A stretch of DNA of 64,000 nucleotides from Candidatus Altiarchaeota archaeon (GCA_043800255.1 JAZDNF010000009.1:60813-124812); one strand, 5' to 3'; numbered from the stretch's first letter, positions 55,104 to 63,181 are shown. Program-made: numbers and translations. The notes: generated from the sequence alone by a model not told the origin.

Positions 55104-56453
55104 ATGGAGAAGCAGGTCAGGTGGGTTTACAGGGCTGGAAAGGGCGGCAGTATGGAGAGCATCCAGGAGGAGGCTGGCCTGTTCAAGCCTATGGGAGATG
55201 CGCAGAAGTGGTATCGTAAGAGGTTTGTCAGCCCCATTGCCGTGGAGAGCCTGCCTGCCATCAAGGAGCATCCTGGTGAGTTCTTCCAGAAGCAGGCTGA
55301 TGGATTGTATCATAAGCTCGAGGTCGAGCCGTATGACATCAGAGAGGAGTTTGCGAGGGTGAGGCCTGATGACATCCTCAACCCGGGGGAGGAGCAGCAG
55401 GTCTCATGGAGTCCGTCTGACAGGGGAGTGCAATCTTCACCAGAGTTGGCCTCTGCCAGCGGCGTGGAGTCTTCCAGCGGGTTGATTTCCGACAGGGAGA
55501 GGGGGTATATCGGCAGTTTCCTGTCGGGTTTGAGGGGGTCGATAAAGTCGGAGCCTGACGGCGTGAGAAAGAGCGTTTCGAAGCTTATCAAACAGATCGA
55601 TAAGGCGTTTGGTAGGCGTGAGACCTTGGATGAGTTCGAGGCCGGCCTGTCTAAACTGTCAGTGGACGATCAGTTGAAGCTGTCGGCAGCCTTGAGTGGG
55701 GAGGTCCGGTCTGACAGTTGGTTCAGCGGCAGCCAGGATAAGGCTGATAGGAGCGGGTTCATGTCAAGGTTGTATAACATCAACCTGAAGTCCATCGGCG
55801 GTAAGTCGAAGATAAAGGCTGACATCCCTGACGAGTTTAAGGGGGCGTTTGAGGTCTTGAGGCCTGATTTTTTCAGCATGATGGATCGGGACTCTTTAGC
55901 TCTCATAGAGCAGATGGAGAGGGCGAGGTCTGCGAACATAGCATCCTCCGATCCTTCGGCGGTGAATGCCATGATGGAGCTTTCGCTTCCGATGTTGAGG
56001 GCGCAGATTGAGGAGTCTTTGCGGTTCTTGGACAGGCCTGACATTGGGAAGAGCACGGGGGATGAGTTTGACAATATCATGGGAATCTACGGCATCGCTA
56101 AGACGGCGGGCATAACGCATAAGAACGAGCTGAGCCTTTTGAAGCTTTCGGAGAGGCCGGAGCATCTGGTGGGGGTTTTCAAGTTTTTTGACAGCCGGAT
56201 TAAGGGAGTGCAGGAGGAGGCCGGCGTCGGCGATGATTTCGTGAGTTCTTTCATGAGGAGGAGGGCGTTCTTCTTTGACTCGAATGGGATGCCTTATAAG
56301 CTGTCGGCTGAAGACTTGAAGGAGATAGTAAAGTCTAAGCGGGGGGAGGATGATGTCCGGCGGATTGGCACTAATCGGGAGGCTGATGACGTGCATCGTC
56401 TCGGCACCAACTTCAAAGCCTTGGGGAAGCTGATAAAGGTCTATTCCCGCTGA
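55104..56453 (+). CDS. Orphan 449-aa protein
   Basis: Long ORF whose stop overlaps the trm1 start; no family recognised. Confidence 0.65.
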   Translation: MEKQVRWVYRAGKGGSMESIQEEAGLFKPMGDAQKWYRKRFVSPIAVESLPAIKEHPGEFFQKQADGLYHKLEVEPYDIREEFARVRPDDILNPGEEQQVSWSPSDRGVQSSPELASASGVESSSGLISDRERGYIGSFLSGLRGSIKSEPDGVRKSVSKLIKQIDKAFGRRETLDEFEAGLSKLSVDDQLKLSAALSGEVRSDSWFSGSQDKADRSGFMSRLYNINLKSIGGKSKIKADIPDEFKGAFEVLRPDFFSMMDRDSLALIEQMERARSANIASSDPSAVNAMMELSLPMLRAQIEESLRFLDRPDIGKSTGDEFDNIMGIYGIAKTAGITHKNELSLLKLSERPEHLVGVFKFFDSRIKGVQEEAGVGDDFVSSFMRRRAFFFDSNGMPYKLSAEDLKEIVKSKRGEDDVRRIGTNREADDVHRLGTNFKALGKLIKVYSR

Positions 56454-57562
56454 TGATGGACGTTTCCGAGTTTTCTGAGGGCAGCGTTCGGCTGAAGATC
56501 CCCGCAGTCGAGAGGCTCCTTAGGAAGAACCCGGTCTTCTTTAATCCTCTTATGGAGTTGAACCGTGATATCTCTGTAGCCTCCTGCAGACTTCTTAAAC
56601 CAAATGACTTCTGCGACGCTCTCGCGGGGAGCGGGGCGAGGGGCTTCCGTGTCGCCAGGGAGGCTGGCGTCGACGTCACCTTGGTTGACATGAATTCCAC
56701 GGCTTGTGAATTCATGGAGGAGAACGCGAAACTTAACAAGTTAAAGGTGAATGTCGTCAACGATGACTGCACTCATTTCTTGTCGGGGAGGAAGTTCGAT
56801 TATATCGACGTTGACCCGTTCGGCCCTCCGGTCCGCTATCTGGACTCTGCCATCCGAGCCTGCAGGAAGAGGTCTTTTCTCGGCGTCGCCGCCACGGACA
56901 CCAGCGCTCTCTGCGGCACCTATCCGCGGGCGTGCAAACGGAAGTATGATTCCGTCTCTCTCCGGACTGACTGTTATGATGAGCTTGGTCTTCGCATCCT
57001 TCTCGGTTTCATCGCCCGGTCTGCGGTCCGTTATGATTATGGCGTCTCGTTTCTCTTTTCCCACTGTACGAGGCATTATTTTAGGACTTACGCGGAGTTG
57101 AACCGCGGCCGTTCTCATGTTAGAAAATCTCAGGACAGTCTCGGCTTCGTCCAGCATTGTTTCAAGTGCCTTTGGAGAGGTTACAGGAAACTTGAGGAGC
57201 TGGAGCAAACGTGCAAGTGTGGTTCTCCTCTCTCGACTGCAGGCCCCTTATGGACTGCCGAATTCGCCGACCCTGTCTTCTGCGGGAACCTCATAGGGGA
57301 GCTTGAGTCCGGGTCTTATGGCACAAAGTCCTCAGCTGTGAAGCTCATCAGCGCAGTCTCCGATGAGCAGCCTATCCTCACACCCTATTATGACCTGCAC
57401 AAGATAGCTAAGCGGGAGAGGAAGCCTGCACCAGCCCGGGACGCCTTCTTCAAGAAGGTAACCGGTGGAGGCCACAGGATAACGCGGACTCATTTCTCAG
57501 ACCTCGGCATCAGGTCTGACGCTGACGTGGACGAGATTGCAGGATATCTGGGCAAACTTTAG
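56453..57562 (+). CDS. trm1: tRNA (guanine26-N2)-dimethyltransferase
   Basis: FFNP.MELNRD, LAGSGARG.R, DVDPFG, TDTSALCG, CKCG, GPLW, RTHF. Confidence 0.95.
   Translation: MMDVSEFSEGSVRLKIPAVERLLRKNPVFFNPLMELNRDISVASCRLLKPNDFCDALAGSGARGFRVAREAGVDVTLVDMNSTACEFMEENAKLNKLKVNVVNDDCTHFLSGRKFDYIDVDPFGPPVRYLDSAIRACRKRSFLGVAATDTSALCGTYPRACKRKYDSVSLRTDCYDELGLRILLGFIARSAVRYDYGVSFLFSHCTRHYFRTYAELNRGRSHVRKSQDSLGFVQHCFKCLWRGYRKLEELEQTCKCGSPLSTAGPLWTAEFADPVFCGNLIGELESGSYGTKSSAVKLISAVSDEQPILTPYYDLHKIAKRERKPAPARDAFFKKVTGGGHRITRTHFSDLGIRSDADVDEIAGYLGKL
57424..57562 (+). repeat. Copy 1 of the trm1 3'-end direct repeat (in-gene copy)
   Basis: 99/118 nt identical to 59095-59212 by manual alignment. Confidence 0.92.
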
Positions 57563-58224
57563 CTCATGCGCATCGCTTTTCTTATCTTTCCGAGGTTGAA
57601 GTTGGGATGGGTTCTATTCTTGTCTTTGATCATCTTCAGTTCATTCAGCGCCATCTCCGGGCTTTTATCCCATTTTTTGAGGCTGCTTTTTATGACCGTC
57701 CAGTCAAATGTGGGGGAGTTGTAGTTCACGATGATATTGTATATGTCTTCCATATCCTGGGATTTCGCATGGTATACCAGGTCTGCTGAGCTTCTCTCCA
57801 GGAGCATCTTCGTCGCCAGCAGGTCCTCAACTCTCGGGAGTGGTAGGCTGTCCAGTATCTGGCTGCGGTCCCATAGTTCCGAGTCGAATTCCAGGGTGTC
57901 GCATACGCCTCCAACCCACAGTTCAACGTAGTTTTTTATCTCTTCTTCGAGGGGCGACTTGGAGAACAGGTATCTCTTGAAATGGTATTCAGTGTTCTCT
58001 CCCTCGAAATGCCAGCCGATCCTCCTCAGGTTGTTTTTGATCTTCCGCAGAACGTCTTTTGGTACATCCTCTCTGATGACGAAGTCGATGTCCTTGGTCG
58101 ACCGGGGTTGGACTAGGGCGGACACGGCCACGCCGCCTATGATGACGTGTTCTATGTGGAATCTTTTGAGTATCCTTGATATCCGTATGGCTGTCTCCTG
58201 CGCTTTGTCGGCTTCGATTTTCAT
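57559..58224 (-). CDS. Nucleotidyltransferase, AbiEii/DUF6036-like (putative toxin)
   Basis: IIGGVAV...PRSTKDIDF; PRVEDLLATKM; QDMEDI. Confidence 0.75.
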   Translation of the reverse strand: MKIEADKAQETAIRISRILKRFHIEHVIIGGVAVSALVQPRSTKDIDFVIREDVPKDVLRKIKNNLRRIGWHFEGENTEYHFKRYLFSKSPLEEEIKNYVELWVGGVCDTLEFDSELWDRSQILDSLPLPRVEDLLATKMLLERSSADLVYHAKSQDMEDIYNIIVNYNSPTFDWTVIKSSLKKWDKSPEMALNELKMIKDKNRTHPNFNLGKIRKAMRMS

Positions 58225-58994
58225 AGGATGCCAAGCTTTTCTTTTATCGGTTTTATCAGCTCTGGGGGGAGGCCCATCCTCTTCTTATCGGCATGAGAGA
58301 GGTCTGGGAGGTTCGGCGCATATGGTCTCAGCCCGGATAGGATGCCGATGATGAAGTCTTTGACGTGCCATTTTTCTGATCTTTCGATCACGTATGCCCA
58401 GTCGGTGTTTTGTTCCCGGAGCATGATGGAGAGCAGGTCTTCTAGGGGGAGCTGGCCTTTTTGTACTAGGTGCGCGTATGCGAGTATCGCGTCTTCGCGT
58501 TCGGGTATTCGGACGCCTCCGTAGTCTGTTTTTTTGTAGAAGAGTTTGTATTCTCTGACGTAGTCGGCCTTTTTGTCCTTGGTTTGTTTTTCTGCGAATA
58601 CAAAGACGCGCTCGTCGTATCTGTCGAACCCGTACAGTTTCGTCAGAAAGGGCCCGACGAGGACCGTGTCTATCCCCTCTCTTCTGAATTTGCCCGACAT
58701 CTCCAGCAGCCTGTCTTCGATCCCTGTTGTCTGTTCTTTTGAGGTTTCGATGAGTTCTTTGAATTTTCGCATGAATTTTGAGCCCATCACCGGCTGGTAT
58801 TTGGGGTATAGGCCTTCTCCGACGGGCTCTACGAGGCCTGCTTCTGCGAGGGTGTCTATCGCAGTTGCCGCCGTCGACGTGCTTGTCTTCGTCTGCGACG
58901 CGTAGTCTTTCTTGTGCATCGGCTGCGGGTGCTCTACCATGTACGCCAGGATCTTTACCGTGGGTTTTTCCCCTAATATGTCGGAAACCTGCAT
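58221..58994 (-). CDS. Winged-HTH plus degenerate NTase-like protein (putative antitoxin/regulator); start re-set to 58994
   Basis: wHTH (TSTAATAIDTLAEAGLVE); TTTAAATA box about 30 nt upstream of ATG 58994; ATGA overlap with the NTase gene. Confidence 0.65.
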   Translation of the reverse strand: MQVSDILGEKPTVKILAYMVEHPQPMHKKDYASQTKTSTSTAATAIDTLAEAGLVEPVGEGLYPKYQPVMGSKFMRKFKELIETSKEQTTGIEDRLLEMSGKFRREGIDTVLVGPFLTKLYGFDRYDERVFVFAEKQTKDKKADYVREYKLFYKKTDYGGVRIPEREDAILAYAHLVQKGQLPLEDLLSIMLREQNTDWAYVIERSEKWHVKDFIIGILSGLRPYAPNLPDLSHADKKRMGLPPELIKPIKEKLGIL

Positions 58995-59094
58995 CTTGCG
59001 TATATACATAGGGTGAGGCGAGTATTTAAATGTTTCGATTTTAAGAAACAATTGTTTTCGAACATGAAAACATTCTCGGACAGCGTAAGAAGAG

Positions 59095-59224
59095 GCCTGC
59101 ACCAGCCCGGAACACCTTCTTCAAGAAGGTAACGGATGGCGGCTACAAGATAACGCGAACACACTTCTCAGACTTGGGCATACGATGCGACGCCGATGTG
59201 GACGAGATTGCAAAACTAATCTGA
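59095..59224 (+). pseudogene. trm1: Displaced, diverged trm1 3' end (copy 2), with no start codon
   Basis: Encodes PAPARNTFFKKVTDGGYKITRTHFSDLGIRCDADVDEIAKLI*; in-frame stop upstream at 59042-59044. Confidence 0.9.
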
Positions 59225-59246
59225 ACAACAAAAGAAGGTTCATAGT

Positions 59247-59594
59247 TTGGCTGAGACTGCGGGCAAGGGGGGCGAAAAGTATAAGGTCAAAATCTGTCCC
59301 AGGTGCGATGAGAAGAATTCTCCGAGTGTTGATGTCTGCCAGAAGTGCGGGACCACATTGGACATAAAAACCCTCCTGGAAGAGGATGAAAGAAGAAACA
59401 CTACTATGGGCGTGTTGTCGACGATACTCTCGGATGACCGGGTTAAGGAGGCGATAGCTGCCAGCATAAAATCGCAGGAAGAACACGCCCGAAAAACCCA
59501 ACAGGAGACAATATCAGACCAACTCATCAAACTACTCAACCCCGGAGCATACGACCTACAACTGACAACACAACCCACAAAAACCAAAAAATGA
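59247..59594 (+). CDS. Double zinc-ribbon protein resembling the C-terminal tail of archaeal tyrosine integrases (possible remnant)
   Basis: KICPRCDEKN...CQKCGTTLD followed by a helical tail; TTG start; lies just after the repeat copy. Confidence 0.5.
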   Translation: MAETAGKGGEKYKVKICPRCDEKNSPSVDVCQKCGTTLDIKTLLEEDERRNTTMGVLSTILSDDRVKEAIAASIKSQEEHARKTQQETISDQLIKLLNPGAYDLQLTTQPTKTKK

Positions 59595-59693
59595 TAAAAA
59601 CAGAGTCCCGGGAGAGGTTTTACTGTTGCTTTAAACCCCTAGTTATTACTTTAGTTTCCATATATAAATACGTATATGCTAAAGTTTATACTA

Positions 59694-59852
59694 ATGAAAC
59701 TCCAAGAATCAAAGGGCAAGTACAGCATATTCCTACCGACAAGAATAGTCGAAGGATTTAGTTGGAAGAAAGGCCAAGAGCTTGAGGTTAAGATACTTGG
59801 TAAAGATAGATTAGAAATTAGGAAAAGACCGCTTAGAACTCAAGAGAGTTAA
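59694..59852 (+). CDS. AbrB/MazE/SpoVT-like small DNA-binding protein (52 aa; not in the ORF track)
   Basis: MKLQESKGKYSIFLPTRIVEGFSWKKGQELEVKI pattern; TATATAAATA at 59661-59670. Confidence 0.7.
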   Translation: MKLQESKGKYSIFLPTRIVEGFSWKKGQELEVKILGKDRLEIRKRPLRTQES

Positions 59853-59927
59853 ATAAACAGATTTTAATTAAAGTATTCTCTAATCTTTTAAGGATATAGT
59901 TTTTTTATAACACTTGGAGGGGTTGGA

Positions 59928-60920
59928 TTGGCAAAGGAATTTAAGAAAAAAACTGATTTTTCAGTCCCTAGAGGTTCAACAGAAGTAGATTCTGATAAAT
60001 GGGAGGATGACACATATGCTTCAAAAATATCCTATGAGATTACCCAACAAGGACGAGAAGGGATAAGAGTATTGTCAGCTAAAAAAACAAACTATACTCC
60101 TCATTATGGAGTATGGTTAGACAAAAAAATAGATTATTCTAATTGGTATAAGTGGTTCTCTTCTGCTTTTAAAAAATTAGCCAGAATATTTGGAAAAAAG
60201 ATAGAAACAGCGGAAGATATAGTCCAAAGATATGAAAAGGAATTGCAAGATATGTCAAAAACAATCACTGAACTTACTTTAAAATATGAAAGAGCAAAAA
60301 ACGAATTGGAACAAAATAAAAAAGACTTTGAATTAGCAAGAAAATTAGTTGACAATATTGATGTGTATGAGAAAGGATTAGAGGAAATACGAGATGCTAT
60401 TAATAAGTCATATGATGAGAATTCAAGACTAGAGGGATTAATAAAACAAAAAATCATCGAGAATAGATGGGTTCTTGGACTAGACTGTGAAGTTCAAGCC
60501 AAAGAAAGACGTATAGACAATCAGACTTCACTTGATTTGCATATTAAAACTGATTTAGGAGAAGATAGAGTTTTTGAATTCAAAAGTCCGAATATCCGTC
60601 CTTTCTTTAAAGAGAATCAGCAGGGTAGGTTTCACATAAATTCTGAAATTGCCGAGGGATTAAATCAATTAATGATATATCTAACAAAAATTGATTTTTG
60701 GGGTAGAATCAAAGAGGGTGGCATTTATGGAGTGACAAAACCTGCAGGGGTTGTAATAACGGGCTATAAACTTCCGGAGGAAGATATTGATGTTCTTAAA
60801 ACATGGAATTTTCATTTAAGACCACATATAAGATTCGTTACTTACGATGAACTCATAAGAAGTGCTGAAAATAATCTGGACATTATTAGAAAAGCCAGGC
60901 AATTGGACAAGGTAGATTAA
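59928..60920 (+). CDS. sduA: Shedu (SduA/DUF4263)-like nuclease with an N-terminal domain and coiled coil
   Basis: NRWVLG, D...VFEFKSP, GLNQLMIY, GVVITG, HIRFVTYDELI; GGAGG RBS and TTG start. Confidence 0.75.
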   Translation: MAKEFKKKTDFSVPRGSTEVDSDKWEDDTYASKISYEITQQGREGIRVLSAKKTNYTPHYGVWLDKKIDYSNWYKWFSSAFKKLARIFGKKIETAEDIVQRYEKELQDMSKTITELTLKYERAKNELEQNKKDFELARKLVDNIDVYEKGLEEIRDAINKSYDENSRLEGLIKQKIIENRWVLGLDCEVQAKERRIDNQTSLDLHIKTDLGEDRVFEFKSPNIRPFFKENQQGRFHINSEIAEGLNQLMIYLTKIDFWGRIKEGGIYGVTKPAGVVITGYKLPEEDIDVLKTWNFHLRPHIRFVTYDELIRSAENNLDIIRKARQLDKVD

Positions 60921-62149
60921 TGATTGAAGATAAATCTAAAATTGGGGTTCTCTGTAGAAAATTCATTGAGAATTATGATGAGTATACGAAAGTAGATTTC
61001 AAGTCTACGCTTGATTTATCCTCCTCTGAGAATAAAGCCGAACTCTGTAAATTGATTTGTGCGATTGGTAACTCAAATAGCCCTAAATATGATAACATTG
61101 GCTATATAATCCTAGGTGCTAAACGTGGTGAACTCATTGGCGGTATTAATGAACTAGCTAAGGATTCTACCTCAGCTAGTATCCGTCAGATTGTTGCTTC
61201 TTTTTTAGATTATCCCGTAAAGTTTGAGATTCTGGCCTTTAAGGATGAGGTAAAAGGGTTATGGGGAGCTATTGAAATCTTCGATGACCCCCAGAATCGA
61301 CCTCTTAAATTCAAGCGTTCTGTTGGGACATTGGGCATAAAAAAAGATGATGCATTCATCCGGGATGGTGACTCAATTAGACTAGCAAATCCTCGGGAGA
61401 TAGAAGAAATTACTAGTCGAAAATTCACATTAAGAGTTCCGTCACTCAATATTGCCTTCTTTGATGGTAAGGATTACACTAAATTCCTACTCGTTGAGCC
61501 AGAAGTAGTAAAAATTATTGAAAAAAAGATGCCAGAAACACCTCTTCTAAAGCCGTCTCCAATGATAGAGCGATTCTCTGGGCTATCAGAGACAGTTAAT
61601 AGGATTAATGCTGTTTGTGCCATTATCCCTAGACCATTATGGGTGGGTAAAAGCCAAAGCGAATATGAAGCTGAGATGGGAGAATATAGAGAGTTAATGC
61701 GACAACTGCCAATCCTCACTTTGGTTTTGAGGAATGACGGAACAGCTCGTGCGAGAGATATTGATGTAACAATAAGTTTTCCACGAGAGATTGAAATTAT
61801 GTTGGAGGACGATATTCCAGATGAACCATCTAAACCTGGGCGTTCTCTATTACTGAAACCGTCATATACTCCCTTACCCGACTTTCTTGGTATTAGCCCC
61901 ACATTAGAAGAACTAGATGAAGAAAAGTTACTGTCATTTTATGTTAAAACGCTAAAGCATACAAATAAAGCAGAGTGTAGATTTGCCATAACAAATGAAA
62001 CTCCTGAGGGGAATTATTCTATTAAGTATGAGGTTCATTGTGAGGAGGATATCAAACCCACAAAGGGAGAGTTAAAGCTAATTGTTAAAAAGAAAATTAG
62101 AGAAGAAATTAAATGGATTTCAGATGGGGGGATACACTTAAGTAAATGA
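60920..62149 (+). CDS. Schlafen/AlbA_2 domain protein with a C-terminal Ig-like domain
   Basis: EYTKVDFK, ELCKLICAIGN, GYIILG, FIRDGDSIRLA; C-terminal LVLRNDGTARARDIDVTISFP...YSIKYEVHCE; TAATG coupling. Confidence 0.8.
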   Translation: MIEDKSKIGVLCRKFIENYDEYTKVDFKSTLDLSSSENKAELCKLICAIGNSNSPKYDNIGYIILGAKRGELIGGINELAKDSTSASIRQIVASFLDYPVKFEILAFKDEVKGLWGAIEIFDDPQNRPLKFKRSVGTLGIKKDDAFIRDGDSIRLANPREIEEITSRKFTLRVPSLNIAFFDGKDYTKFLLVEPEVVKIIEKKMPETPLLKPSPMIERFSGLSETVNRINAVCAIIPRPLWVGKSQSEYEAEMGEYRELMRQLPILTLVLRNDGTARARDIDVTISFPREIEIMLEDDIPDEPSKPGRSLLLKPSYTPLPDFLGISPTLEELDEEKLLSFYVKTLKHTNKAECRFAITNETPEGNYSIKYEVHCEEDIKPTKGELKLIVKKKIREEIKWISDGGIHLSK

Positions 62150-62379
62150 ACCCCTGACAATTCTATTTATTGGGTGGGTTCTTTGGCACTTTGTCCCTGG
62201 CTTTGGGTGCAATCCTTCTGTGGAAGGGCAACGTCCTTGGGTGGGGTCTTGTTGCAGTCGGAATTGCGAACTACGTAAGAATCTGGTCGGGGATTAAGGA
62301 GATGAAGCATGAGGCATCCGTTTATTTAGATTTTTCATCTCCTCTTTTGCCGTGTCAACAAGCAGATCATTTACCGTAA
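62146..62379 (+). pseudogene. Small 2-TM membrane protein gene with an in-frame TGA at codon 4
   Basis: ATG 62146 overlaps the Schlafen stop; reads MNP*QFYLLGGFFGTLSLALGAILLWKGNVLGWGLVAVGIANYVRIWS. Confidence 0.55.
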
Positions 62380-62827
62380 CACTCATAACTATGGAGATAA
62401 ATATAACCATCAATAATCCATGGATAGTAGCCCTCTTGTCTAGAGGTGTCGGAAGGTCATCAATCAATATCTGTGTCATTATGACAGCCACTAATAGTGT
62501 CATTGGGATTATGTAAATGAACATTATCTTCAAGATTAGGTTTTTTTCCCAATACACCCAATACTCATTCTTCATACCCCCCAGCATCTTGTGGGTAAAC
62601 ATGACACAGAAAACAAAGCAATCTACAATATAAATCGATACAAAGATGAAAGTACTTATCAAAATAGATATTATAAGTTGAGAACTATCTAGTGGTTTGA
62701 AACCAAAGAATGCACCGTGCAGAACATATCCCACCGCAACAAATCCAAAGATTATAAAAGGTATGGAAATCAGCTTGTCTGGTTCTTTAAATACCTCCTG
62801 GAAATTTTTGAGAGATTCGTCCCACAT
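62294..62827 (-). CDS. Multi-pass membrane protein (about 4 TM) inserted between duplicated gene ends
   Basis: MWDESLKNF start with an AT-rich upstream region; four hydrophobic segments. Confidence 0.65.
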   Translation of the reverse strand: MWDESLKNFQEVFKEPDKLISIPFIIFGFVAVGYVLHGAFFGFKPLDSSQLIISILISTFIFVSIYIVDCFVFCVMFTHKMLGGMKNEYWVYWEKNLILKIMFIYIIPMTLLVAVIMTQILIDDLPTPLDKRATIHGLLMVIFISIVMSVTVNDLLVDTAKEEMKNLNKRMPHASSP

Positions 62828-62888
62828 AGTATATACTGAATATTTCGTGTATAAAAAACTCTTCACACATACGATAATCCTATTGTTG

Positions 62889-62984
62889 AAAGACAATGTC
62901 ATCGGCTGGGGTCTTATCGCCGTCGGGATTGCGAACTATGTGAGGATCTGGTCGAGAACTAAGATGGAAAAATCTGGAGATTGA
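62889..62984 (+). repeat. Second, diverged copy of the 3' half of the small membrane gene
   Basis: 62889-62954 vs 62224-62289: 53/66 nt identical; KDNVIGWGLIAVGIANYVRIWS vs KGNVLGWGLVAVGIANYVRIWS. Confidence 0.88.
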
Positions 62985-62993
62985 GGATTAGAG

Positions 62994-63179
62994 ATGGAAG
63001 TTAAGATTGAAAAATGTAGTTATCCGAACTGTAATGATAGCGCTGAACATAAGCATCATATTCTTGGAAAAGATAACCTTGACCCAAAGAAGCGGATGAG
63101 AATAGCAGGGTTATGTAAACGTCATCATGAAGACATCACATACTTAAATGGCTTTTGTGTAGTGATAATTCTGCATTAG
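62994..63179 (+). CDS. Small HNH-like Zn-binding protein (possibly truncated)
   Basis: CSYPNC...HKHHILG...LCKRHH. Confidence 0.5.
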   Translation: MEVKIEKCSYPNCNDSAEHKHHILGKDNLDPKKRMRIAGLCKRHHEDITYLNGFCVVIILH

Positions 63180-63181
63180 AA

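Noticed and set aside
58995-59164. N-terminal extension of the wHTH ORF to 59102, and the ORF 58973-59164
   Set aside because: They overlap the promoter and the antisense trm1 remnant; the TATA position supports a start at 58994
59590-59690. Possible tRNA or tRNA-fragment att site at the island edge
   Set aside because: No cloverleaf, T-loop (GTTCRA) or CCA pattern was seen; the duplicated target is trm1 itself
62155-62157. In-frame TGA as selenocysteine or programmed readthrough
   Set aside because: No SECIS-like element or Sec/Cys context is visible; a nonsense mutation or error is simpler
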